Shown in pieces: positions 7,586 through 17,292 of a stretch of DNA of 64,000 nt (the stretch's first letter is position 1; the number at the start of each line of letters is the position of its first letter). A program made the translations under genes and the position numbers. The notes beneath the pieces were generated by a model. That model was not told where the DNA came from. It searched no databases and worked only from the letters and a program-made list of their open reading frames with translations. This DNA comes from a virus: IMG/VR virus record IMGVR_UViG_3300045241_000115, positions 9,960 through 73,959 of that record; one strand, 5' to 3'.

Positions 7586-9698
7586 GGGCCATCCTTTCGA
7601 TCTTGTCGTCTAATTGCGCGATGGCGCGGAACAGGTGCGCCATCATCGTCAGCGGATCGAGGAACTCTTTGCCGGTGGGGCTTTCGCTGTCCGGCCCGAC
7701 CACAACAGCATCGGGGATCGTCTCGCGCAGTTGCTCGACGATGAACCCATGCTCTACGTGTCCACCGCCCGCGATCCAGTCGAAGGCGTTCGTCGGCGTC
7801 GCGCAGATCGCGCGCAAACTGTCAAAAGAGCCTGCGGCGCGCACGTTGGTTTTGCGATCCAGGGTGGAGGACGGGTAATAGACCGGCACCAGCACAAAGA
7901 GGCCGTTGTTTGCCAGAGACATCAGGTGGCCGCCGCCGCCTTGGTAATTTCCGCCGCCATCCATGTGACCGAAGTTCATTTGGTTGACGACCTGGAACCC
8001 CATCGCATTGCCGTCGCCCACGCTCCATGCGGTGACGGTCGGCTGCTGCCCCGGATTGCCCAAGGACATGAGGCGTCCGTTGTGGCTCGTGATCGAATTG
8101 TTGCAATTCAGGTTGCCGTCGAACTGCCCATCGCCATACGAGCGGATGTATTGCGCATAGGCGCCGGCGCTACAGTTGAAAGTGGAGTCGATTTGCGCCG
8201 CGCCGTGGATGATCAGTCCGGTGTTCGAGATGATGTTGCCGCCGGCGAGGAACTGTCCGTTGACAGTCTCGTTGCCCCAGATCTGCGAATAGCTTGCATA
8301 GAGCTGATAGCAGGAAATCTGGCCACTGACGTCGAAGTTGGCGCAATGCAGACTGCCTGCGACATAAAAGCTGCCGTTGCACTGGCCAGACCCGTAGAGC
8401 GTCATATAGCCGTTGTTGTCGAACACGGTGTCGGCGCGCGTCGGATTGCCAGAGCCGTCCATCTGGCCGAGCCACAAACCGCTGCCATCGACCCACATCC
8501 CCTTGGCGACGCCAGCGCTCGTGCTGTAAGCACAGACCGATGGCGCGCCACCAAGGCTCAATATCCGCGAGCCGTAGGCGCGGATCGCTCCTGACACCTG
8601 GAAGTTCGCGACACCGTCGAGGAACATCGACTGGCCGCCGGCGCAATACCATGTGCGGTTGCCTGTCTGGCCGTCCCAGCTATCGAACCATGAGCCGGCC
8701 CACTGTCGGTAACGGAAGCGGCCATCCCAGAAGTTGATGAAGTCGCCGACATTCGCGAACCACACGCTCGATCGAAAGCCGGAGGCCGCGGCCACATACA
8801 GGCCGGAGTTGATGTTCAACTGTCCGCTGAGTGTGCCGCCCGTGAGCGGCAGATAGTTGCCGACGAGCGTGTTGCTCCATCCGACCGTCGCGAGCTGGCC
8901 AACATAGACGCCATCGACCGCGGCGACGACGAACGAGCTGTCCCAGCCGAACGCTGTGCGGTGCGACAGGAAGTTGCCGCCGAGGCCGGGATAGTTGATG
9001 CCCTGGCCGCCGACGCCGAGCGGTCCCGTCATCTGGCCGCCGGCGATCGGCACGTAGGGAAGCAGAGCGCCGCCCACGGTCGGCGGGCGCGAAAAGTTCA
9101 CGACGCCGGTCGCGCGATTGATCGACATCGGCGTGTCGAGATAGGCGCCTGCGTCATTGAAGCTATTGATGTCGAGATTGCTGCCGGCGTTGGCTCCGAC
9201 CTCGGGCGCGTTGTCGGGCAGCGATATCTGCCAGCGCGCACTCGCTCCGGTGTAGCCATTGATGGAGGTATATTGCCCAGCCTGCCGGACGAGGTTCACG
9301 CTGCCCGACTGACCGGCCGGCGCTTGGATTTGCAGCGTCGGGGCGTTGATATAGAGCGGTCCCGTCAACGTGCCGCCAGTGAGAGGCAGGTAGCCGACAC
9401 CGACCGCGCCTTGCGCGACCGTCGTGATCGCTTGACGGAAGTGCGTCTGCAGCGCCGCGAGACCGCCCGGCGTGCCGTCGTCCAGCATGTCCTGATTGAT
9501 TTCGTCGGACGTGAACTGGCCGATCATGTGCGAGATCAGCGAAGCCTGCCGCCACACCTTGTTCAGTTGCACGCTGAGCGCGGTGCCCGTCGAAAACCCA
9601 AGCAGCCGCGCGGTGAAGCCCGCCGAGATATAGTCGGCCTGCGTCATCACGTTCGCTGCCGGGTCGCCGGCAAACGCCAGGAAGTCGTTCGTTGCCAT
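7578..9698 (-). CDS. tail fibre with C-terminal intramolecular chaperone (peptidase S74-like)
   Basis: N-terminal ATNDFL.FA...ANVMTQADY...GTALS.QLNKVWRQ baseplate-attachment motif; YLPLTGGTL repeats; C-terminal KTNV...HGFIVEQL. Confidence 0.85.
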   Translation of the reverse strand: MATNDFLAFAGDPAANVMTQADYISAGFTARLLGFSTGTALSVQLNKVWRQASLISHMIGQFTSDEINQDMLDDGTPGGLAALQTHFRQAITTVAQGAVGVGYLPLTGGTLTGPLYINAPTLQIQAPAGQSGSVNLVRQAGQYTSINGYTGASARWQISLPDNAPEVGANAGSNLDINSFNDAGAYLDTPMSINRATGVVNFSRPPTVGGALLPYVPIAGGQMTGPLGVGGQGINYPGLGGNFLSHRTAFGWDSSFVVAAVDGVYVGQLATVGWSNTLVGNYLPLTGGTLSGQLNINSGLYVAAASGFRSSVWFANVGDFINFWDGRFRYRQWAGSWFDSWDGQTGNRTWYCAGGQSMFLDGVANFQVSGAIRAYGSRILSLGGAPSVCAYSTSAGVAKGMWVDGSGLWLGQMDGSGNPTRADTVFDNNGYMTLYGSGQCNGSFYVAGSLHCANFDVSGQISCYQLYASYSQIWGNETVNGQFLAGGNIISNTGLIIHGAAQIDSTFNCSAGAYAQYIRSYGDGQFDGNLNCNNSITSHNGRLMSLGNPGQQPTVTAWSVGDGNAMGFQVVNQMNFGHMDGGGNYQGGGGHLMSLANNGLFVLVPVYYPSSTLDRKTNVRAAGSFDSLRAICATPTNAFDWIAGGGHVEHGFIVEQLRETIPDAVVVGPDSESPTGKEFLDPLTMMAHLFRAIAQLDDKIERMAHG

Positions 9699-9716
9699 TC
9701 CGGCGTGTCCCCTTGT

Positions 9717-10421
9717 TTATGTCGTCAGGACGACGATGCCCCAGGCCGCTTCATCAAATCCGCCCAGCGGACCGCCAGATGATGCAGGCACATCGAATGC
9801 AAAGATCGGCTGCGTCGAAAGCGTCGTCTCGATGAAGTTCGTCCGCACGCCGGAGGGTTTGATGGGAAAGTCCTGCTCCAACACAGCGAGAAGCAGCGAG
9901 CTGATCAGCGCGGACGGGATCAATATGTCCATCGCCATAAGCCCCGTCGGCGTGTCGCCGAGATCCTGGATCACTATGCCAGGAAACACCGCGTCGAGCT
10001 GATCGGCGATCTGCGACAGCGTGCCATCCCACTGGTTCGCAATCGCCTGCAGCTTGAGCACCGCGCGATATGTCTCGTCGTCCAGCGCGACAAGGCCATC
10101 TGTCGGATCATACCGGCCCAGCCACACGCCCTGGTCGAAGCCCGTGCGCGGGCTGCTGCCGGGTGTGCCATCGAGACTGTCATCGAAGCTGAAGAAGACG
10201 CCCTTGATCGGCTGTTTGACGTAGCGCGTGCGGCCGATCCACTGGCCGACAACATCGAGCTGAACGCCGACCGCGGTGTCCAGATCGAAGTCCGCCGTCA
10301 GCTTTGCCAGCATGTCCTGGGCGTCGACCAACGGCTGGATCAGCGCCGCGACGGTGTTCATGAACCGCGGCCGCGTCGAATGCCATGACGTGATCAGGCC
10401 GAGGTATTCTGCTAATGTCAT
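9717..10421 (-). CDS. baseplate wedge protein (DUF2612-like)
   Basis: FDLDTAVGVQLDVVGQWIG, LDDETYR, NQWDGT. Confidence 0.85.
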   Translation of the reverse strand: MTLAEYLGLITSWHSTRPRFMNTVAALIQPLVDAQDMLAKLTADFDLDTAVGVQLDVVGQWIGRTRYVKQPIKGVFFSFDDSLDGTPGSSPRTGFDQGVWLGRYDPTDGLVALDDETYRAVLKLQAIANQWDGTLSQIADQLDAVFPGIVIQDLGDTPTGLMAMDILIPSALISSLLLAVLEQDFPIKPSGVRTNFIETTLSTQPIFAFDVPASSGGPLGGFDEAAWGIVVLTT

Positions 10422-10426
10422 CGACG

Positions 10427-10612
10427 ATGAACCGCGAGCACATTTCCCTCCTTGCCGCGCCGCTCTACGCCGCGTTGATCGTCACCGCTGGCGCCGAACG
10501 GCAGCCAATGACTGATGACTGGCACCTGATGGCGCAGGGCATTGCCGTTCGCCGCGCGTTGCAGCTATGGCGCGAGACGTTAGGAAACGGTGATGATGAC
10601 GTCGCTCGCTAG
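10427..10612 (+). CDS. small antisense-oriented gene inside the late operon
   Basis: Fills the gap between baseplate J and DUF2612; plausible helical protein. Confidence 0.4.
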   Translation: MNREHISLLAAPLYAALIVTAGAERQPMTDDWHLMAQGIAVRRALQLWRETLGNGDDDVAR

Positions 10613-11806
10613 ACAGGTCGCTTCCTGGAAAATGCTGATCGGGATGTTCGTCGTGCCGTAGGTGCCGGTCGTCGGCGTCGCAATCGTCATCGCCGTGATG
10701 TCGTAGGTGTTCGTCGCTCCCGTCGGCATCCCCGTCGCATCGCACAGGTTCGCCGGCAGCCACAGTTTGGAATAAATCACGCTCTCGCCCGATCCCATCT
10801 CGTTGATGAAGTCAGCGACCGTTTGCGAGATCGCCTGCCCAATGATCGTTGAGTAGCCGTTCTTCGCGGTCAGCGTGATATGCACGCCGATCGGCACCGA
10901 GGTCGGGATATAGAAACCTATGTCGTGCGGCAGCCCGTAGATGTCGTTGACCATCTCGCGCGTGCTGCCATACGTGTAGCAGCCGGGCGTCTTCTTCAGC
11001 ACGATCGTCTGAGCGATCTGGATCGCATCGCCGCCACGCACCACCATGCTGATGCTGTGCGGCGGCAGAGGGCCGACGCCGGGCGGCGGCGCGCTGCCGG
11101 TATAGTCATTGTTCGTGTCGTTCTCGTAGCCCTTGACCGCGATCACGCCATCCAGGCCAGCGATCGCGCCGATGATGCCGGAAAGCACCGACAGCGCAGG
11201 CAATGCGGTGGACTGGCTCTGCCGGACGCGAAGCTGCGCATCCGTCTCCAGCGGTGCTCCCGGCGTCGCAGCGGCCGGGTTCGAAGCGCTCTGCCAGCCA
11301 AGCGTCACCGTTGCGATGCGCGATATGTCTCCCGGCGGCGCGGTCACCGCGCCAAGCGTCTGACACGTCGCCGTCACTGTGATCGCCCCGGAGGGCGGGA
11401 TCGTCACGGACGGCGGCAAGGCCCAGTTGTTCGATGGCGTGTCCTGCACGATGCCGTTGGTGATCACCGATCCAGCGGTGCCGATCAGCAGCAGCGCCGC
11501 CGTGGAATTCGTCGGCACATGACGCGCCATGCCGTTGATTTTGACGTTGGACGACAACCCGACGCCCTGCGCCGTCGTGGGACTAAAACTGTTGTAGACC
11601 GCAGCGCAGGCGGAGTTGACGTCGCTGAGCGCAAGCGAGAACACGCCGATCAATTGGCCGTCCTGGCTGTCGTTGGAAACAACGATGTCGCCGCCGTAGA
11701 TCGCCTGAAACTGACCGATCAGGAAAGACTGGATGTCAGCGAAGCTCGGCGCGTGAAAGCCGCTCGCATCGACATAAGCCGAGGTGGGAGAGATCGTTCC
11801 CGACAT
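10580..11806 (-). CDS. baseplate J/gp47-like protein
   Basis: AIYG.D...DSQDGQLI, PTTAQGVGL, ETDAQLR.R, YENDT, LPPHSI. Confidence 0.9.
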   Translation of the reverse strand: MSGTISPTSAYVDASGFHAPSFADIQSFLIGQFQAIYGGDIVVSNDSQDGQLIGVFSLALSDVNSACAAVYNSFSPTTAQGVGLSSNVKINGMARHVPTNSTAALLLIGTAGSVITNGIVQDTPSNNWALPPSVTIPPSGAITVTATCQTLGAVTAPPGDISRIATVTLGWQSASNPAAATPGAPLETDAQLRVRQSQSTALPALSVLSGIIGAIAGLDGVIAVKGYENDTNNDYTGSAPPPGVGPLPPHSISMVVRGGDAIQIAQTIVLKKTPGCYTYGSTREMVNDIYGLPHDIGFYIPTSVPIGVHITLTAKNGYSTIIGQAISQTVADFINEMGSGESVIYSKLWLPANLCDATGMPTGATNTYDITAMTIATPTTGTYGTTNIPISIFQEATCLASDVIITVS

Positions 11807-12274
11807 TCACCACACTCCGGCTCTGATCGCGACATGGAACTCTGTGATGTCCACGCGCCCTGGCATCGTCAGATCCGCCGGCGTCATGGAGACGCGCGTG
11901 CCGCTCGTTGCAAGAATGCCCACCGTTGTTGCAATCGGCACGCCTGTCGGTGCAGCGAGCGGGACGGGCGCGGCGCGTAGCGTGATCGGCACGTCGGGCG
12001 CAGCGAGCGGGGCGGGTGCGGCGCGTAGCGCGAAGCGCAACACGACGGGAGGGGCGGGCACCACAAGACGCAGCACGGGCGGCGGTTGGGCGGGCGCTGC
12101 AATGGGCGCCGCGCGCCGCCTGACAGGCCGTGGGGGCGGCGTGACAATCGCAGGGGCGATCAAACGCAGACGCGGCTCCGGGGCGCGTAGCGCAGGCCTG
12201 GGCAGCGCGCGGGGCACGTCACGAGCGCGCGCCACTCTGCTCGCCGGCGCCGGCGCCAACACGACGAGCGGCAT
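11807..12274 (-). CDS. Pro/Ala/Arg-rich protein sharing its C-terminal motif with the upstream baseplate protein
   Basis: TAATG coupling; LRAAP.PLAAP repeats; ends MTPADLT.PGR.DI..F...AG.W. Confidence 0.55.
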   Translation of the reverse strand: MPLVVLAPAPASRVARARDVPRALPRPALRAPEPRLRLIAPAIVTPPPRPVRRRAAPIAAPAQPPPVLRLVVPAPPVVLRFALRAAPAPLAAPDVPITLRAAPVPLAAPTGVPIATTVGILATSGTRVSMTPADLTMPGRVDITEFHVAIRAGVW

Positions 12275-12801
12275 TACCAGCGTCCCGCCTCGAGGCGCTG
12301 GATTGCGAAGTCCCGAATATCGCTGCGCGGGCCTTGCGTCAGATCGGCAGGCGTCATGCCGATCGACGTCCCGCCTGTCACGCCGAGCTGCTGCGCGTTG
12401 ATGATCGGCGCCGCCGCGGCCGCGGGAAGGGGAGGGACCGTTCCCGGCAGCCGGGCCGCCGCGAGAGCGACCGCGCCGTACACCGTGTCGATCGTCATGC
12501 GCGCCGTCCAGTCGCGCGCCTCGCCATCCATCACGGAGTAATAGTTCGCGATGCCGATCACGTTCGGCGTCGTCTGCACGCGCTCGCGTACAACGATGTC
12601 GCGCGTCGCCGACGTGCGCTCGCCAAGCACCTGCGTCGACCAGGGCGTGCCGTCGGACGTGTCAGCGAACCATTCGCCCTGACCAAGCCGCAACCGCGTC
12701 ATTACCCATTGGCCGACGCCCTCGGGCTGATTAATGAAAAAGTTGCCCTGGCCTTGGCCGAACGTCATGTCGCCGTTCGCATCGAGGCGGCGGTATCTCA
12801 T
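12274..12801 (-). CDS. baseplate wedge/sheath initiator (gp46/W-like) with C-terminal extension
   Basis: MRYRRLDANGDMTFGQG...TRLRL..GEWF.DT..GTPW. Confidence 0.85.
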   Translation of the reverse strand: MRYRRLDANGDMTFGQGQGNFFINQPEGVGQWVMTRLRLGQGEWFADTSDGTPWSTQVLGERTSATRDIVVRERVQTTPNVIGIANYYSVMDGEARDWTARMTIDTVYGAVALAAARLPGTVPPLPAAAAAPIINAQQLGVTGGTSIGMTPADLTQGPRSDIRDFAIQRLEAGRW

Positions 12802-13037
12802 CTGCGTTTGATGCCGACGTAGCGCGAGACGACCTGGCGCACGGCATGACAGCCGCGGCACGGCCGGAACACGGCCGTCCACGCAGGCCGCTTTGGCGGC
12901 TGCGCGACGAATGCTGGCTTTGGGTGGGATTTAGCAGGCGGTTCGTTCATAGCTCGTCCTCATCCGAAGGAGGCGGGCGATCCGCGGTGCACGCGATGAT
13001 GATCAGCATCAGCACAACGATGCCGACGTAGAGGATT

Positions 13038-13757
13038 TTATGACCCGCCGATCGGCGGCGGTTCGCCAGCGGTGTGACGATGCGTCGTCAAGCCGACCGA
13101 GCCGCCGCTGCCGAATTTGCCGGTCACTTCACCCTTGCATTCGATGCGACCGGTGACCGTCACCTTCGGGCAGTCCAGCACGATCTCGTTCGCGCTTTTG
13201 ACCGTCACCTTGCCGCCCTGCGGATCAAGCTCCACGAGCAGCATACCGTCGTCGCTGCGGAGCTGCACCGTCGTCGCGGAAACTGGCGCTCCTGAGTTGC
13301 GCAGCAGGTCGGAGCCACCGCCCGGTACTTTGGGCTGACTGCGTAGCCCGACATGGGCGACGGCGTCCGTGATGTCGTGCATGCGCCAGTCGCTCGGCTT
13401 CTGGACGCCTCCCTGCTGGTGCCAGTTGTCGATGCTGCGCTCGCTGAAAGACAGCCAGCATTCATCGCCGGCCTTGACAGGGAAGCTCAGCATGTGGCCG
13501 CCGCCGCCAGGGAAGTGCACGGGCACGTCGGGGATGTTGGCAATCGTCAGCGGTGTGATCGTGCCGTCCGTGTTTCTTTGGAAAGCCTGCAGCGCGGGCT
13601 GGACGACAGCGGTCAGCTTCGTCGCGTCGTAACTGACGATCACGCCCGGCATCCCGGTGTGGATTTGCGACTGGCGGCCGTCCAGATGCGTCTGCGTCGC
13701 CTCGAACTGATCGATGCCGCGTTGCCGCCATTCCAACGGAGGCGCTGAACCGCTCAT
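13038..13757 (-). CDS. baseplate central spike (Gp138-like)
   Basis: HTGMPG, DVPVHFP.GGG...FPV..GDEC...F.ER.ID.W, RMHDITD, C-terminal HRH. Confidence 0.9.
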   Translation of the reverse strand: MSGSAPPLEWRQRGIDQFEATQTHLDGRQSQIHTGMPGVIVSYDATKLTAVVQPALQAFQRNTDGTITPLTIANIPDVPVHFPGGGGHMLSFPVKAGDECWLSFSERSIDNWHQQGGVQKPSDWRMHDITDAVAHVGLRSQPKVPGGGSDLLRNSGAPVSATTVQLRSDDGMLLVELDPQGGKVTVKSANEIVLDCPKVTVTGRIECKGEVTGKFGSGGSVGLTTHRHTAGEPPPIGGS

Positions 13758-14089
13758 GTCTCTGTCACCCAGTACACGTGACTGCCCGTGCCAAGATTGG
13801 CGAAGGTGGGCACGCGCGCGCCGTGCGCGTCGCCATCCGTCGCGACGAGCATGATGCCGCCCAGCGCGAGATATTCGTACTGGGCCAAAAGGTCCGCGCC
13901 GATCACCAGAGGAATGCCGCAGACGATGGGCGCGCCGTACGTGTCAGCGATATCGACCGTCCAGCCGCAGCCGCCGGCGGCCGTCGTGTCGCGGTAGACG
14001 AACGTGAGCTCGTAGCGCACGCCAGACAGCACGATGCCGAAGTTCACCGGCGAGTTCGTCAGCGGGATCTCGGCGTACTGAAAAGCCAT
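13754..14089 (-). CDS. baseplate plug-like protein
   Basis: EIPL, W..DI.D..G..IV.GIPLV.GADLL.QY.YL. Confidence 0.8.
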   Translation of the reverse strand: MAFQYAEIPLTNSPVNFGIVLSGVRYELTFVYRDTTAAGGCGWTVDIADTYGAPIVCGIPLVIGADLLAQYEYLALGGIMLVATDGDAHGARVPTFANLGTGSHVYWVTET

Positions 14090-14847
14090 CAGAACAGCCC
14101 CGGCAGCAGGCCGTGCAGCGCTTGCATGCCCTTCTGCTTCAGATCGGCGAGCGGCGTCGATGTGCGCTCCGTTGGCGTGTCCGTCTTCTTGTCAGGCGCA
14201 GCAGTCGTCGCCTGCGTGGACTCTGGCTTTGCCTGATCGGATTGCGCGGGCTGTGTCGTCGTCTGTGTCTCGACGATGAACACTTCCTGCATGTGACACT
14301 CGATCATCAGGCTGTATTCGGTCGTGTGGTCCGTCCGAACGCCAAGCTCGACGATCACCATGTTCTCGTAGGTACGCTTGCCAGTCGTCAGTTGAAACGG
14401 CTGGACGGGATTGCCGCCCTTCGCCGCTTCTTCCTTGTCGTATTGCAGCTTGATCAGGCCGTCGTAGATGTCCCTGACGCGCTGCTCCGTTGCCGATGAC
14501 AGCAGTCCCTTGCCGGCGCCCAGCAGGCCGCCGCCGATGTTCTCGAAGCCGCCTCCCGCCTGAAAGCCCTGGACTGCTGACCCGACGGGATTGGCGTTCG
14601 TCCAGCCCATGCGCATCGTCACCGTCGCAGGCAGCTTGAACGCATGATCGGAGACGGGCGATCCGCGCGCGACGGGATGCTGCGTCACCTGCAACCGATC
14701 GCTGTGCTGCTCTTCAATCGTCACGTCGGGGATTATCGCCCCGACCCTGCGCGTGTTGCGGATGAACGCGGGCATCAGTCCCGCAGCGGACAACCCTTGC
14801 TGCGCGAAGGATGCGCCTGTGGAGAGGCCGGCGAGCAGTCCGCTCAT
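14089..14847 (-). CDS. Dit-like/tail tube initiator protein
   Basis: DVTIEEQHSD...TQHPV..G...SDHAF, TGKRTYENM. Confidence 0.8.
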   Translation of the reverse strand: MSGLLAGLSTGASFAQQGLSAAGLMPAFIRNTRRVGAIIPDVTIEEQHSDRLQVTQHPVARGSPVSDHAFKLPATVTMRMGWTNANPVGSAVQGFQAGGGFENIGGGLLGAGKGLLSSATEQRVRDIYDGLIKLQYDKEEAAKGGNPVQPFQLTTGKRTYENMVIVELGVRTDHTTEYSLMIECHMQEVFIVETQTTTQPAQSDQAKPESTQATTAAPDKKTDTPTERTSTPLADLKQKGMQALHGLLPGLF

Positions 14848-17288
14848 GCGAGCCGCGACTGTGAGTAGCGCGTCTGGAAGTCGAATACGCGCGTCATCTC
14901 AGCATAAACCTTGTGCCCAGCGAGAGTCGGATCGGGCGACTGCACGACGATCGAGGCGGTGTTGTTGACCGCAAGTTGCCTGCCGCCCGGTCCATCGGCA
15001 GCGGAAGTCTGTCGTCTTGCGTTTGACGGCAGCCGAGAAATTTCCAAGGTGGAGCGTCCGTGCTGCCATGGATCTGCGGCGCGAAGATTGCCCGACGATG
15101 CCTCATAGAACCCGCCCCAATTGTGCATCGCCAGCGCCTCGCGCCAGCGCGCGAATGCGGGATTGTTATTTAGTTCATAGACCATGAATTGGAGCTGCGT
15201 TTCCCGTTCCCTGGGGTCCATCTTTCGTTGGTTGGCGAATGCTTCGAGCGCTTTGTGGCGCGATCCAGTCCATTGCGCCAATCCGACCGCATCGGTCCCG
15301 CCGACATCATAAGCGCCGCCACCGAACCGAATGTCTGAGCGCAGGCCACTCTCAAACTTCATCGCTGAAACGATCTCGGAGGCTTGCTCTGGTGGGATGT
15401 TCAATCGCTGCGCGATATCGTCGCGCAAGTCCGCCGCGCTCATCGCCTGCTGCGTCGTCATCGGACCGCCGCCAGTCAGCGCGCTGCCTGCCTGCGCGAC
15501 GCCGCCGGCCGCTGCCGCTTGCTCCGGCGTCAACCCAGCCGCCAGACCTTCTGATGCGTCCTGAAACACCATCTCATTGTGTCGGATCAGCTCGCCGATG
15601 CCTTCGGCGGTTTCCTTCCCCCACTTTCCGATGGTTTCAAGGATGCCGATCGTCTTCTTATCCGTCTTGGTGACGGGAGCCTTCGTCTCATCCACGGTCC
15701 CATACGCAGGCCCAGACGAATTGTCAGTGGAGAACAGAGGGAACGTGCGTTTCAGCCAACCACCGATGCCCTCGGCTATCGTTTTGCCGGTGATCAGTCC
15801 CGGCTCCGGCCCTTGCCCCTCGCGCGACTTATCCGGCGCTGGCGGCGGCTTGCCTCCCCATGTCCCGCCTGTCGGCCTGCCATACTCATCGACCACCGGC
15901 GCGTTCATATGACCAGCAAGGCCGCCGAGGCCGAGCATCGCAAGAATTCCCGCCAGCACTCCGCCGCCAGCGGTCGTGAACAGCAAGCCGAGTCCTCTAA
16001 CTGCCCATGAGAGTCCTCGGATCGACCCGGTAACCATGTTGACCTTGGGAACAAGTCCAAGGAAGAAGGCGGCAATGCCAGCACCCAGGAGCCACTCGAA
16101 GGCGCCCTTGAGGCCCGTCATGCTCTCTACCCAATCGTCGAACTCCTTGACCATCGGAGTCACGGACTTGGCTATCTTGTCGAAACCGCCCCAATCGAAT
16201 GCCGTCTTGACCGTGCTGCCAGTCTCTTGGTTCTTCTGCCATTGCTGGTAATCGTCCAGCGCGAGCATAAACAATGTGAACAACGCGAGGAACCGCCCGA
16301 GTGGCGAGGACAGCAGTTGGATGCCGACCTTCAACGCGAGCATTGCTTCCGCCGCGTCCTTGACCGCAGGCGGCAGCTTGCCGATCCAATCGATCGTGTT
16401 GATCAGCAGATCGATCCAGGTGCCCAGCGCGGTGATGAAGCCGCGCAGGAAGGCAATCGCATCCGGTGCGTAGCGGATGATCAGATTGAACAGCGCCTCG
16501 AGATGCGGCTGCATCTGCAACAGCGACTTGTTCAGCTTGTCGATGTCGGGACCGATCGCGGTGAACAGGCGAAGTGCGAACTTCTGCGTCAGCGTCTCGA
16601 AGAACAACCCCATCGTGTTGAACTTCTGGACCATCGCGTTGGATGCCTCGCCGTAGGCATCCGTCTGTTGCTTCAATCTGCTCCTGACATCGCCGCGTGA
16701 GCCGCCTCCGCCGACACCCCAGATCTGCGCTTGCAGCCTTTCGTTCTGCTGGGCGTACTGCGCATAGCGAGGATCGGCGATCGCGCGCATCTGGCGCTCG
16801 TCCAATCCCATCATCTGCGCGTATTGCAGCGCGATCGCATAGGCGGTCGTGCCGGGGCGGTTGGCGCCCATCGCGGACAGCCGGCGCCCGAGCTGCTCAA
16901 GCTGCAGGTCGGTTTCGGTGGCCGTCACGCCAAGCGTGCGCATGAAGCCCGTCGCGGCCGCGCCCATGCTGCGCTGCCATGAGCCGAACCGCTCCATCGC
17001 CGACTGCGCCTCCGACGTGGAGACGCCCAGGTTCGCCATCGCGAAACTGGCACCTTGTATGGCGGCGATGGACGTGTTGAGCCGCTGGCTCGCCCAATAG
17101 AGCGCGTCGCCGTGCTGCGCGAGCTTCTTGGTGATCTCCACCAGGCCGACCGACAGGCCGACGAGTTCCGTCGTCACGCCGCCGATGGATGACGCGACGC
17201 GTTTCAGATTGTTGAGGAAGTTCTGCTGGCTTGGCTGGTCGATCGTGTATTTGACGTTGACCAGGAATTCTTCGAGCGTCTGTGCCAT
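14844..17288 (-). CDS. tape measure protein with C-terminal phage tail lysozyme domain
   Basis: Helical body with central TM-like segments; ESGL...GLAQWTGSR...QLQFM.YEL. Confidence 0.85.
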   Translation of the reverse strand: MAQTLEEFLVNVKYTIDQPSQQNFLNNLKRVASSIGGVTTELVGLSVGLVEITKKLAQHGDALYWASQRLNTSIAAIQGASFAMANLGVSTSEAQSAMERFGSWQRSMGAAATGFMRTLGVTATETDLQLEQLGRRLSAMGANRPGTTAYAIALQYAQMMGLDERQMRAIADPRYAQYAQQNERLQAQIWGVGGGGSRGDVRSRLKQQTDAYGEASNAMVQKFNTMGLFFETLTQKFALRLFTAIGPDIDKLNKSLLQMQPHLEALFNLIIRYAPDAIAFLRGFITALGTWIDLLINTIDWIGKLPPAVKDAAEAMLALKVGIQLLSSPLGRFLALFTLFMLALDDYQQWQKNQETGSTVKTAFDWGGFDKIAKSVTPMVKEFDDWVESMTGLKGAFEWLLGAGIAAFFLGLVPKVNMVTGSIRGLSWAVRGLGLLFTTAGGGVLAGILAMLGLGGLAGHMNAPVVDEYGRPTGGTWGGKPPPAPDKSREGQGPEPGLITGKTIAEGIGGWLKRTFPLFSTDNSSGPAYGTVDETKAPVTKTDKKTIGILETIGKWGKETAEGIGELIRHNEMVFQDASEGLAAGLTPEQAAAAGGVAQAGSALTGGGPMTTQQAMSAADLRDDIAQRLNIPPEQASEIVSAMKFESGLRSDIRFGGGAYDVGGTDAVGLAQWTGSRHKALEAFANQRKMDPRERETQLQFMVYELNNNPAFARWREALAMHNWGGFYEASSGNLRAADPWQHGRSTLEISRLPSNARRQTSAADGPGGRQLAVNNTASIVVQSPDPTLAGHKVYAEMTRVFDFQTRYSQSRLA

Positions 17289-17292
17289 CGTC

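Noticed and set aside
12947-13060. Possible lipoprotein-like micro-ORF (ILYVGIVVLMLIIIAC) overlapping the end of the spike gene
   Set aside because: No convincing start codon or SD in that frame
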